A stretch of DNA of 64,000 nt, from assembly GCA_028534125.1 (NCBI GenBank), contig CM052816.1:95606001-95670000 (forward strand). The letters are read 5' to 3'. How positions within the stretch are numbered: the first letter of the stretch is position 1; every line of letters begins with the position of its first letter. The position numbers were made by a program, and so were the translations under genes. Source of the DNA: Lama glama. Lineage: Eukaryota. The notes below the pieces were generated by a model. That model was not told the origin of the DNA and did not search any database. It saw nothing but the letters and a program-made list of their open reading frames with translations. Below are positions 35,724 to 48,490 of this stretch, piece after piece.

Positions 35724-37204
35724 CCATTCCTGATGTATGGGGTTCACAGCCTGAGCAGAAAGATGTCACTTCTCTCTAGGAGAATTTCGCCTGAGTTCCA
35801 TGCCCTGGATGCACCAGTCTTCTGGTGCTTCAGGTGGACATATGGAGCCTTTTAATAATCATCCATGGGGAACTACCGGGACTCCTAGACCACACCCTTC
35901 AAATGGGATGAACTTGCACCCCGTGTCCTCCTGGTTCAAGTTAACTCTTACCAGTTACTGAATTACTGTGAGTTGAGTGAAGCCCTCAGTCTCGCTGAGA
36001 TGGCACTGACTTCCCTCCTTACTTGGTTTGATTTTGCATTTCTTCAGTTCCCTTAAATAATTTTAATGGTTTCTGTTTTCCTTAGCAAAATTAGCCCATA
36101 ATTCTTTCCCCTCATTTGAGTCTGCAGTGAGTCCCACCCCACTGTCTTGAAATAAATCTCTTTTAGAAATTCTCCTTTTCTTGCTGTTTTATTCTCTAAC
36201 ATGGATTATGAAATTTTGACCCATGTAGGAGAATGTATGTAGTGTACGTGTATCCTATGACGCACAGTGATGCGATAAACACCAGGAATACCTTGTAGAA
36301 TCAAAGGAAGATGGAGCCATTGGGCCTCGGGAGGATAGGACATCTAGTTCTGGGGATCTTAGAAACCAAAGTTTCCAGATGACCTCTCTAGTGTATGGTT
36401 GTCAATCCAATGATTCAACTCCAACTCCCCTCTCTCCTGTGTCTCCTTCAAGGGTGAGTTCCCAGGAAGGAAAGCCTGTTTGACCTAGCTTGCTCACATA
36501 CTCAGCTCCGTGGTTAGGGTGTGGCAGATCCTATCACTGGGGGACACAGAAGGTCAGTATAGTTCCCCCAACAGAAAAGGTGAAGTAGGTAAAACAAACA
36601 TTCATTTTCCACGCGCTCCAAGCCAGGAGCTGCGGGTGGGGCTTAGCCAGGGCTCCCTGTCCTTGTCACCACTTGCTCCCATGTGGGTTTCACCTCATTT
36701 GGCAGTTGCTGGCCAGAGTATCCTGTTCTCTGGCTGGTCTCACTTCATTGTATTGCATGAAAAATCCTTGAATAGCATTTGAATGTCATTTTCAACCAAT
36801 TTTCTAGCATTGATGTATAGATTTTCTTTGTTACTGGTTGCTAATTTTGAGAAGGAATTAAATTCCATGCTTGACTCATGTTTTGAACCATAGCGGATAT
36901 TTCAGGGGTAGGTTGGCAAGGTTTGTGAATGGGGTGAGAGTAGTGGAGCAAGAAAGAAGATGAATGAAGTTGCATATAGCAATTCTCACTAAGGGAATAC
37001 ATGAATTAATTATAGGTAGAGTTTTAAACCTTATGAGTTTGGAGGAGTCTCATAGGTTTCTGCCAATGTGGGTTGGATTGCCTGACCTCTAGTCCACCTG
37101 GCTGTGGTTTTCCGCTCACGCCTTTACTCTCAAAGGTTTGGTTTTTCACCATCTGCTTCATCTCTGCAATCTTGTGTGCCCACCTTAATAAAAATAATTG
37201 CAAA

Positions 37205-37345
37205 AATGATAGTAACGACCCTTTTCAGGAGCTTATGTAGTAGACATGCTTAGCACTTGATGTATATGTTTAGCTTAATTTTCAGACCAGCTCTGCAAGG
37301 TCTATTTTACAAGGTGGGGAAACTGGAGCTTTGTGAGGTTACTTC
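37205..37345 (-). mobile_element. MIR fragment
   Basis: ctctgcaaggtctattttacaaggtggggaaactggag. Confidence 0.6.
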
Positions 37346-37404
37346 TGCTCAGTTTGACTTGAATTTTTGTCATCGGCATCCACACTGCCTGGTGGCAGCT
37401 GACT

Positions 37405-37662
37405 GGAGAGGCAGGATGGTCACAGGGCCAAGAGGAGTCTGCTTGTCTGATTCGGATCTTGGTTCCATCATTTACTAGTTGTGTAACCTAGTAAGTCCCT
37501 TAACCATTCTTGGCCTCAGTTTTCCCATCTGTAAAGTGAGGAGAATCACTGAACTTACTACTAAGGTCATTGTGATAATTAAAGAAATTAACATATGAAA
37601 AGCACATGAAACAGCGCATGGTCTTTAAGGGGCTCATCAACATAAAGGCTGGTTATTGTTAT
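37405..37662 (+). mobile_element. MIR SINE, near full length
   Basis: tttactagttgtgtaacct...gcctcagttttcccatctgtaaagtgagga...ggttattgtta. Confidence 0.85.
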
Positions 37663-38114
37663 GTGTCCGTGGGTGGTGTATAGAAGGGAGAATTCCTGGG
37701 AGTCAGGGCGATTAACTAGCTGTGGGATTTTGAGTCAGGTCATTTTGCTCTTTGATCTGCTGACGTGACCGTGGAATTAGGAGGCAGATGGAATGTTCTC
37801 CAAGGACCTCTCAACAGTAAACTGGAATGAATGAGGGGCTTTTTGCACTTTCTGAAGTCCATGCCATTTCCCCTAGGGGTAACAGGTTGGAGAAGAAGCC
37901 ATGAAGGGTGACAATAAGGTCCTCCCACCTGGACAGGTGTTCTGCCCAGAATGTCTCTTGCCAAACAGAACTGGCCTCACACAAGCAAGCCTGGGGTTCA
38001 CAGGCTGTAAACCAGGGCTCCCTGAACTGGGGTACTGAGAACAAAGGAGCCAAGTGCAGGGTTTCCAAGGAGGTGGTGGCAGCAGTGATGATTCAAAGAC
38101 ATACACTTTCAAGG

Positions 38115-38625
38115 CAAGAATCCTTAACTTTCTTTGTCCCTTGGACCCCTTTGGCCATCTGATGAGGTCCATGCAACCTTTCTGCAAATAATGTTTTTAA
38201 ATACACAAAATAAAATACATAGAATTATAAAGAAAACCAATTGGGTTAAAATATAATTACCATATATAATTATACATGTATAATATATAGCTGATATACA
38301 TGTATGTGTATATATAAAGTTGGTGATTCAGTAATATATGGGCTTCTTTATTACTGTATTAAATAGCCAGCTCAAGCTCCCATGGCAGGTCTAACAGCTA
38401 CCTAAATTTTGAAATAGTGATGAGAGTAAATATTTTCAGATACCTGCACAACCTTAATGTGATGTGAAAATACTGGTGATTTCTCTTGGTGATAAAGTCT
38501 CCGAGAGGACCGTGGTTGGCTGCCTGCATTCCCATTTGAAGGAAGTGCTAAATTTCAGTTAGAGGTTAGTGAAAATAAAGATGTTAATTTTTTTCCCATC
38601 CAAGTTTATAGATCCCCTGAATTCA
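38115..38625 (-). mobile_element. MER119-like hAT-Charlie element
   Basis: tggacccctttggc...aaggaagtgctaaatttcagttagaggttagtgaaaataaagatg...tttcccatccaagtt. Confidence 0.8.
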
Positions 38626-41600
38626 TGCCACCCCAATAATGTCTGTGGTTCTATGACCCAAAGGCAGATGCGTAATGATACGTAGGTTGGAAGGCCTGCT
38701 CGGGATTAGGAAAGAGGAATTTCTAAACAAGAGCCACAGCTTTCCTGATCTGTCAGTGGGAAGGTCTAGAGAGTGTGGAAATTAGAATATCCCTCTCCAA
38801 AGGGCAAAACGTTCACTCTAGAGGCAACTTCTGTGACATAAAGGATTGAGAGGCAGCATGACATTGAATTCTTATGCCCACGAAGGAGGCGAGGGTTGGC
38901 ATAGGTCATTTTTGGCCTGGATTGCTTTCAGAGGTTCTTACGGAAAGCCTAGGGTGTGTTTCCTATGCAAGTGCAATAGGGTTAAACATGTGAAAATGCT
39001 GGCTTATCACCCACAATGCAATGGACCAGTGGGATGATTTAATGCAGCTCTCAATGGGACAGTGAAGATTTATGTGGATAATCATCCCGATGCTGGGAAT
39101 GATAAGTTATCACATTTATCATTTGCATATAGAAAGGCCTTTCATGAATTCTCTTGGTTCTCACAATTCAACCCTATTCTTGAGAAGAAGGTGAATAGTT
39201 TTTCGATTTAATTAGTGAGTACCAGAAAGGTAAATTGAGAGGGTATAAAACATCAATAGTAGACCACGTATTAAGACTGAAAGAAAAAATGGAAGCTATT
39301 TGTTCTCTGACAAACATTATGTGTTTCTGACCTATGTTTGTTTTCTGCATTGGCAAACCCCGTGTAGACACAGTAATCTCTGAAGGTTTAATGCGAGCCG
39401 TGAGCGTGTTCTAGGATGTTTGCACAGGGGCCGTCATTTCTGGATAATTTTATGGCTCTCCCAACGCAGGATCTGTGGAAGCCAGCAGGTGGGAGCCAGA
39501 CTCCTGAGGGGCTGCGGAATTAATGAAAAGACCAGTGAGCCTCTCTCTGCACATGTTCTACATTTTTCCAACCACATGAGAGTTCTCACTAAATTTCTTG
39601 GTACTTAAAAAGGATCTTTGAAAAAGTTAGGAATCATTGCTCCAGAGGATAGGCAATTACTTCCATGGAAATGTGATTTCAAATTTATTCTTAGCAAATT
39701 TCAAAAGACATCAGCAGGTTCAACTCCTTACAGACACGTTTCAGAGGCATGACTTTTATGAAACAGCCTACTCACCTTCATATACCAAACTTTATTTCCT
39801 TTTTTATTTCCTTACTTATAAGTCTTTCTTAAAAAAATTAGGATCTCAGTTTTAAAGTTCTATTTCAATATTATTTTAAAACTTACATTCATAGATAAGC
39901 TTGAGTTTGTAGCTAGAAACTGGCTATCAAAGTCTCTGGCTGCAACAGTTTTTAAAGAAACCACTGCATTTAAATTTGAGCTCAAATTACATGAAGCAAG
40001 GGAAGGAACGCAATGGAGGCTTTTTGCTCATTTTTGGGAAATAGAAGACGATGGGGAAATTTATCAGAGAAAAGCAGTCAATCTGTATCATGTTTTTGTG
40101 ACGTGATTTGTTTATGGAGTGATACTTTTTTTTTTGTTTGAACTGATGCAATTTGAGGGTCTGGTGGAATTCTGGAACTTTCCTAAAAGACCAATGCAAG
40201 GTATTTTTTTAATTAGTCGTTTTCTCTACCACAGGGGTGGCCTACTTGTTATTGCAGCGGAGAAAAGCATCAGAAGGGCTTTGAAGGCGTGGAGCAGCCT
40301 CAAAGTTCTCAAGCTCTTCTGAAACGTAGCAGCTCACTGGGAAGCCCAAGGTAAGAATTCATAATATTCAAAAGAAATCTTTGCTTCATGCTGGGAGATG
40401 AATTTGCTCTTCAAGATTGGAGGCCAGCTTGATAAACTGTTAGATCAGCTGAAGATACAGGATAGTTCATGGTTAGTCTTCAAGGTAATCTCCCCCCATG
40501 GTGGCCTAGAAGATGAAAACACAGGGATCTCAAACTTGAGAACCATACTGTTGAAACATGCTTGCAGCCCAAAGTCTCCCTATGTTACAGGCTTCTGCTC
40601 TGCCACTGATAAGATAAGGATTTTTGAAAGAATTCCTCAAGAGAGGACTGTGATGTGGTGATGGCCATTTAAAGGGGGCTAAGAAGTGAGAGCTCCAGCA
40701 TAAGTTGTTAGGACTCCGGTCTCCTGCTGGCAGGAGCAACTGACTGTAGCCACGCTCAGGAGGTAAGCTCAATGTAGGATGAGAAATGCACTTTCAGAAT
40801 TGGATTTCAAAAGGAATCATTCAACAGGCTGGCCTCCATATTGGCCTCTGCACCTTCTAAACAGAATAAGCAGATTCAGCAGACTGCTGCACAGTGGCTG
40901 TGAGAGCTGGCTGGTGGCCAGGGAGATCTACTGACGCAGGTTGGTCCTAATGATGTGAAAAGGTCAACAAATCAGAAGAACGTCAGTACAACACCTTAGG
41001 AAGCTGACATAATCCCTTTAAGAATGAGCCAGGAGAAAAGCCTCAGTCCTTCCCACAGAAGCCCTTCCATCTTTCAAGGCCAACCTCCCGCAGTTGGACA
41101 TGGACATTGCCGTGTGCTCAGAAGCTGTCTGGAGCAAGCCCTGGTTCCTGGGATCCCACGTGCAGACATGATTCCCTTGAGGTTTAAGGTCTTGAGAATG
41201 AAGCAGCTGTGGGGCCATCAGGCCATTGGCTGTTGCCTGTCTATTCTTCCAGTTACCAGAGCAGAAAGGACTCATTCGATGTCTTCTTGGTAGAGGTGTT
41301 TTCAATGAGGAACAAACATAGGTTAATTAACAGCAGATCTTGCTGAACAAAAGTAATTATTTCTCTGATTGTGATCACTGATTTTGTGGGGAGAGGGAAA
41401 TGAGAGAAGAGACCTTAATTTAAGGAGCAGCTTGACATTATGCCACTTGATTATGAAAACAGTGAATTTGGAAGTGCAAGTGAGATTACGTTCCTGAAGG
41501 GTGAGTTTGTCCTTGAAGAACAGCAAACGGTGAATATCCTCAGTGGGTCACAAGGTGGAGCCTGGAACAAATACCCTGGAGAATGTCTCAGTCACTCCAC

Positions 41601-42347
41601 TAATTGAATCACTTGTGTGATTTCCCAGTGGGCTGTATGTAGGCTCTTTGGGGGAAAAAGTCGATCGATCTTGACCTTTGCATTTTTATAGTATTCACAA
41701 ATACGTGACACTCAAATATTTGTTGAAAGAATGAGTGAAGAGAGGAAGGAGGCAGGCCAGTTTCATTCAGTTTAGGTCAAGGCTATGAGCAAAACTAAGA
41801 CATAGGCCGTGTTTGGTTTTCATCTCTTTTATGAAGCTGTCTTTGTATCTTCAGGAAAAGGTGTCCATGGTCCTCCTTGGTCCTACTGAATGTGCTATGG
41901 CGTGTCCTCTCTTCCATCTTACTTCCTTACCTCTCTTTCCTACTCCTGCTGACTGGTGAATTCACAGACGTAGCAAATGTGTATAAACACAGAGTAACAT
42001 GAAAAAGTAATCTACCTCACCAAGGATTGTTTCTAATCTCAGGGTAATGTCTGTGCTAAGAAAGCTGGCCTTCCCAATGTCCATGATTCAGGGGCCACCT
42101 CTCACCCTGCTAAGACATCTGGACTCCTTAACGTCTAGAGCCAAAGAGCAAAACCATAGGAGAGATGAAGTGTATCTTGCCAACACAAGGCTCATTTTTT
42201 GAGGGGTTCAATTATTTCCCCCAAGAGGATCTAAACATTTTCTTAAGTAACCCACACTGGAAAAGGTCTTTCTTAAAGGAGAAATTTGTCTACCAACAAT
42301 AGGATAGCAGAGGAACATTGTTATTTACACAAGAGAAACGCATATGA

Positions 42348-42590
42348 CATTCATTCTCTACAGAGTGATATTTACCCCAAGGAGGCAAAAATTGGTTCTT
42401 GGAGGGGAGGAGGGTTGGTGAACAAATTTTAGATGTTATAATGATTTGTGGGCCTCTAAAGTGTCATGGTGCATAGACATACAGTATACTGGTGCCATTA
42501 AAATTTCATGAGAAGGGGTGATTAGGAAAAGTCTAAAAAGACTCCTTGGGTGGGAGGGATGATGATGAAAAAAACAGTTGAGAAAGACTG
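42348..42590. mobile_element. MER112-like hAT-Charlie MITE
   Basis: ccccaaggaggcaaaaattggttcttgg...attaaaatttcatg...gtctaaaaagactcctt...gttgagaaagactg. Confidence 0.8.
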
Positions 42591-43108
42591 ATCTACGTTA
42601 AGTGAGGTCATTTTCTTGGCCACATTTTGAGGCCCAGCTAACATTCAGACTTCTCTAAGAAGCTTTCCTTTCTTAAAACCTTAAAATCCCAGTCAATGAA
42701 TTCTCAGAACTGTTTTCATCAAGGCTATAGAAATGGTGATATTTGTGGTTATATCACGTGACTTTCCCTGAAGCCCCCTGAAGGAGATCAGAGGTGTCAG
42801 TTCAAGGGTGGAGACTATGGGATGGGCTGAGGATTCCAGAACAGATCACCTGTTGCAGGACAGCTCATCCAAGTTCACGTCTGCTCCCTCATCAGACATG
42901 AACCTGTGAGGGGTCAAGAACAGCCTTCCCTACAAACATCTTTGGGGGTTTTCATTTCTTTCCTGTTGCTGTGTTGATTGGCTTCAATGTAGAGGACTGA
43001 AGGATACATTGTCCGCTTACTTATTCAGTCATCATTTATTAAGTCCTTACTGTGTGCCAGGCATTATTCTGGTTCCTGGATACACAGCAACAAACTAGAA
43101 GGACCCAG

Positions 43109-44669
43109 CCCAGAAAGAAGCCCATACACTCACGATCAATTAATCTACAATAAAGGAGGCAAGAGTATACAATGGAGAAAAGACAGTCTGTGTGATAAGT
43201 GGTGCTTCAAAAACTGGACAGCTACATATAAAAAATGAAATTAGAACATTCTCTAACATCATAAACAAAAATAAACTCAAAACAGGTTAAAGATCTGAAT
43301 GTAAGACCCCAAACCATAAAACTCTTTGAAGAAAACATAGGCAGATCACTATTTGCCATAAATTGTAGCAGTATTTTTTTTGGATCTGTCTCATAAAGCA
43401 AAGAAAATAAAAACAAAAATAAAAAAATGGGACCTAATTAAATTTAAAAGCTTTTGCATGACAAAGGAAACCACTGACAAAACAAGACAACCTACTTGAA
43501 TGGGAGAAGATATTTGCAAATGATATAACTGATAAGGGGTTAATATCCAACATATATAAACAGCTCATACAACTCAACATCAAAAAATCACACAACCCAA
43601 TTAAGAAATGAGCTGAAGAACTAAGTAGACATTTTTCCAAAGAGGAAATGCAGATGGCCAATGGGCACATGAAAAGATGCTCAACATTGCTAATCATCAG
43701 GGAAGTGCACATCAAAACTACGCTGAGATAGCACCTCACACCCTGTCAGAATGGACATCATCAAAAAGACCACAAATAACAAATAATGGTGCAAATGCGG
43801 AGAAAAGGGAACCCTTGTACACTGTTGTTGGGAATGTAAATTGGTGCAGTCACTGTGGAAAACAGTCTGGAGGTTCCTCAAAAAACTAAAAACACAGTGA
43901 AAAAAATGTGACAATGAATATGTGTATGTTCACGTATAACTGAAAAATTGTGCTCTACACTGGAATTTGACACAACATTGTAAAATGACTATAACTCAGT
44001 TAAAAAAAGTTAAAAAAATACCCAAAACTAAAAACAGATACCATATGACTTAGCAATTCCACTCATGGGTATGTCTGAAAAAAAACCCAAAAACACTAAT
44101 TTGAAAAGATACATGCACCCCCAATGTTAATAGCATTATTTACAATTGCCAAATATGGAAGCAATCTAAGTGTCCATCTACAGATAAATGGATGAAGATG
44201 TGCTGTACATACACACATAGTGGAATATTACTCAGCTGTAAAAAATGCAATTTTGTCATTTGCTGCAACATGATGTACTTGGAGGGTATTATGCTAAGTG
44301 AGATAAGTCAGACAGAGAAAGACAAATACTGTGTGATGTCACTTATATGTGGAATCCAAAAAAATACAACGAACTAGTGAATATAACAAAAAAGAAGCAG
44401 ACTCACAGATATACAGAACAAACTGGTGGTTACCAGCAGGGAGAAGGAAGAGGGAAGGAGCAATATAGGGGTAGGAGATTAATGGGTACAAACTATAATG
44501 TATAAAATTAGCTACTAGGATGTATTGTACAACATGGGGAATATGGCCAGTGTTTTATAATAACTACAAATGGAATATAACCTTTAAAAATTGTGAGCCA
44601 CTATATCGTTCACCTGTAACTTAGATAATTTTGTACATCAAATATACTACAATGAAAAAAATTTTAAAA
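43109..44669 (+). mobile_element. Older artiodactyl L1 (~1.4 kb ORF2 3' part and 3'UTR) inserted in L2
   Basis: Degraded ORF2 (aaaggaggcaagagtatacaatggagaaaagacagtc; gacatttttccaaagaggaaatgcagatggcc); TSD aaggacccag at 43099-43108 and 44670-44679. Confidence 0.95.
43895..44023 (+). mobile_element. ~130-bp young L1 3' terminus inserted inside the older L1
   Basis: ctgaaaaattgtgctctacactggaatttgacacaacattgtaaaatgactata resembles the 3' end of the L1 at 10656; TSD aaaactaaaaaca at 43882-43894 and 44024-44036. Confidence 0.9.
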
Positions 44670-45082
44670 AAGGACCCAGTCTCTCCTCTCTAGAGCTTAA
44701 TCATTAAGGGGAAGCCAGGTTCAATGCATAAACAAACAATGACATAGCCATTTGTAATAAAATTCTTCAATTTTTAAAACTGGGTGGAGGGACAGAGAAT
44801 GACTGAGATCAGGAGATCAGGATGGACCACTGTGAGTTGAGGGCCACTGAAGGATGAGAGTTAGTGCCATCAGGAGCAGGTCTGGGAGAAGTGCATTCTT
44901 GGCTGGGAAATATTCCTACAAAGGCCCCGAGAGGGGATGGGAAATAATCTCTGGCTGCATTATGGACCATAGAGGGACTGAAATGAGCAAAGGAGACCAT
45001 TGCAGTCATGAAGGCCAGAGATGGTGGTGATGTGTCCATGGCAAGAGATGGATGGATTCAGGTTAAGCTTTGGAGGTAGAGA

Positions 45083-45692
45083 TGTCAATGTGCCAAGTTC
45101 ATACTGCTTGCCACACGACTAGCCAATAAATCTAAAGATGAGTGGTTGGGGCAAGGAATAGCCACTTTATTTGCAAAGCCAGCAAACCAAGAAGATGCCA
45201 GACTCATGTCCTAAAGAACCATCTTAACGTGGAATAAAACTGAGACTTCTTTTATGTTAAGGGAAAGGGGAGGCAGTAAGATTCAAGATTAAAGGACAAA
45301 GCTGAGTGCAGACTTCTCGGAGTCACCTGGCCTTCAGGGGGCGAATAACTATTCTTTGTTCTTCTGCTTTCTCACGTGGTGCCGGATCACAAAACTCCTG
45401 CAAAAACTTCAAATTGTTAGCAGTTACTTTTACTCTACCATTCTTATTTCTGCCTATTAACAAGGTTTCTGGGCTGAAAACAAACTTATCTATACCAAGT
45501 ACTAGCCATAACTAGCTTGGGACCATGGGATGGAAACTTTCTTCAAGGAACTTAATGAGCTATTTGGGCACAAGCAACATTTCTCTAATATTTAACTCTT
45601 TCTGTGCCAGGCTAGAGTGATAAGAGTATTTAAGCTAAAGAATGAGGGAGGCAGTTCCAACATAGTGTTAGTTCTGCTCTTCCTCTGTTACA
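45083..45692 (-). mobile_element. ERV solo LTR (cetartiodactyl type) inserted in L2
   Basis: TG...CA ends; tttatt (minus-strand AATAAA) near 45166; L2 sequence is continuous across it. Confidence 0.75.
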
Positions 45693-47750
45693 GGCCCAGG
45701 AGCGTCTGATGGACTGGAGGTGGGGCATGAGAGAAAAATGAAGACATCAGAGACGATTCTCAGGCTTTTGACCTGAGATACGAGGTAAAGGAAAGGATCA
45801 CTGCTAAGACTGGGAGGACTGGGTTGAGGGGAATTGGTCCAGGGAGAAAAGTTTGATATTTCTATTGATATACAAGTAGAAACGTCCAATAAGCAGTTAA
45901 ATACACAAATCAAGAGTCCAGTGGGTCAAGATGGGGATAAAAACTTAGGAAACCTGAATTGCAGCGAAGGACACGAGGGAGACAGGCGTCTTACACTACT
46001 TGCGCCCAGAGCCACTCATGGCAAACTGGCTATATTCTGCCTTTGTCTTTGCCTTGCTTTTCTTGGGGGGATAACTTTGTGTTCTAGAGGAAATGATAGA
46101 TTCCTCCAGTTAGAGGCCAGATCTCGTACTTCTCTGGGTCTTTCCCAGGACATGAAGGATCTCAGTGTCCTGTCAGAGCCCTTTCATCTTGTCCTGCTGT
46201 TCAGAGAGAGCTCTGAGCTCCTTTTCCTCACTATGAAACCAGAGGGGCTTCTCTGCTCTGGTTTTGTGTGAGGTTCAGGCCACCACGGCTCCCTGCCCAC
46301 CCTTAAGGATGCCTTAAGCCTCTGCAGCTGCTGGGAGGGTTGTCAGGAGGAGAGCAGGCCTGGTGAGTTCCATGCCTTTCTTCTTGACCAGATCTCCCAT
46401 TTTTTTCTCATCTGAAGCAAAAGCAAAACTGAACCAGGCCAAAAAAGGCAAACAAGACTCGGACTCTATTTAGAAAACAAACATGGAGATGATAACTCGC
46501 CCTCTTCCCTTTATTTCTCGTATCCAAGGAGCTGACTTTTTGTTTTCCTTGTTGGAAGTGCAATGGATGTTTCCCCCTTTCTGTTGGCTTTGTAATATTT
46601 GCTTAGCAACTCTTTAGCAATGGTAGGGAATTACAACCTGTCCCAGTCAACTCATTCTCAGAACTGTTTTCCTCAAGGACGTAGAAGTGGTTGTCTCCTC
46701 CTAAATCCTCCGACAGGGAAGATGAGAGAAAGGCCTGGGGCGGTGGCAGCCGCTTAAGAATGAGGAAGCGTTTTTACTAGAAAAGGCTCCTAAAGTGACA
46801 GGCTTTCATCATGAAAGGGACAGATTCTGCCCAGAATATTTTGGAAATCTTCTGAACAAATATTTAGCAGACATCGATGCTGCCTTGAGGATGACATGTG
46901 CTCTTCTTAATCATTTTAGGTCAGGCCTTCGGAGAAGTTATAGCACTCAGAAGGTGCTTGATAGAAACATGTAGCTTGAGTTCACCATGCGCTGTGTCCA
47001 GCAGAAGAATTTTAGCCTTCTCTGATTAGGAGTCAAAAACAGAAGACCAAGTCAGATGCCTAATATCGTCTTTACGCAATTCTATCCTCCTAGGTTGATT
47101 CAGATTCCCACACATTTTTTTAAACTAGTAATTTGATAAAGTTAACTCCTCTGTTCCCTGATCCCAGTAACTAGGAATCAGTGTTAACCAAGGATATAAA
47201 AATAGGAGGGGCTGAGGTACCGACCTGTCATGGACAACATTTTCTAAGGAGAAAGAATGCTGTTTGGGGTTGAAGAAAGCATGGTCCCTCTTCTGTGGTT
47301 ATGAGTGAACACAATGGGAATGACAGCCAGATGGCTTCTGGTGGCAGCCAAGATCACACCTGGTCACCAGGCAGTTCTCAGAATTTGAAAGGAAACTGGC
47401 ACTACTTGGGGATCATGAGAAAACCAGGAGAAATCTCATGGGACCACAGGTAGCTCTTCCCTCCTGCTCCACCCCATAGCGTTCTGCGGGTGCTGGTTGG
47501 TGGGATATAGTTCATTTCACATACATGGTTTAAATAGAACGCAGACAAATTCCTGTTATAATTACTCTCCCCTTTAAACAGTTAATACAATTTCTAGTGT
47601 ACATTTTAAAAATTCATTTAAATTTACATTATTTAATTCTGAAAAATATATCATCTTTAAAAATAAAAATAGATTTGACTTACTTGGCAAGTCCCTTTGA
47701 ATACATATGAAACTAAGCTAATAAAAATAAATCATGGGGGTGAGACTGAA

Positions 47751-47768
47751 ACACACACACACACACAC
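47751..47768. repeat. (CA)n microsatellite
   Basis: acacac run. Confidence 0.9.
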
Positions 47769-48339
47769 AAAGGAGGTAAAGCATCACTCAGTAGAACTGC
47801 AAGCAAATGATTCTCTTAAAGAAAATCTCTAAAATTTGCTTAGAGTAATGGAATCTTCATGGTTTTGAAATAAGTCAAGGCTCTTGGCACACTGCTAGTA
47901 TGCATAAATGTGCAATTCCCCACCCCCACCCCAGAAATCCCAACTCCAAAAGGGAAAGTTGGCTTTGTTAATGGGGTAAACAAATCTGTTGTATACTTCA
48001 TATTTGCTATACTCTTCCTTAAATATTTGGTTTTGAAAAATCATCCAATTATTGCTGTCCCACTGTAGGAACGACAAAACTATAGTTTCGTAAACGTGAC
48101 ACACTTGAACTTGCTTTCAGTGGAATCCTACAGATAAAGATTTATGCCACAGCTCAGTGCAAATCCAGCCTGAGAGCTCATTGTCATAACCTTCAGATAT
48201 CATGACCGGGTCCTTTTGTGACTCCTGTCAGTTCAGCCAGCCAAAGACATTTAACTGCCTGGAGGAGAAGGTCGTGATGAGAGGATGCCCATCCCAGGGG
48301 AGAAGGGTGTGCGGGGCTCTGGTGCAGGAGAAGCTGCCA

Positions 48340-48490
48340 GAGACTCGGAGTCTGGAGGCTGGGTTCTTGGTGGCTCCACTGTGACTTACCTTTCTAATCT
48401 TGGGCAAGCCACTTGATTTCTTTGGACCTCATTTTCTTTAACCAAACCGAATGATTTGGATGAAATAATTTCTAAACTTCATCTCTAAAT
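48340..48490 (+). mobile_element. MIR fragment
   Basis: tcttgggcaagccacttgatttctttggacctcattttctt. Confidence 0.65.

Larger units (their letters stand above)
43015..45960 (-). mobile_element. LINE-2 split into three pieces (43015-43108, 44680-45082, 45693-45960)
   Basis: L2 3' end catttattaagtccttactgtgtgccaggc; continues gaaggccagagatggtggtga...ttggaggtagag; then ctgatggactggaggtgggg...aataagcagttaaatacaca. Confidence 0.75.

Noticed and set aside
36280..36560. Possible very old MLT1-type LTR remnant
   Set aside because: Similarity too weak to call without a profile search
37205..37662. Head-to-head MIR pair as a hairpin or miRNA precursor
   Set aside because: Copies are too diverged to pair convincingly by eye
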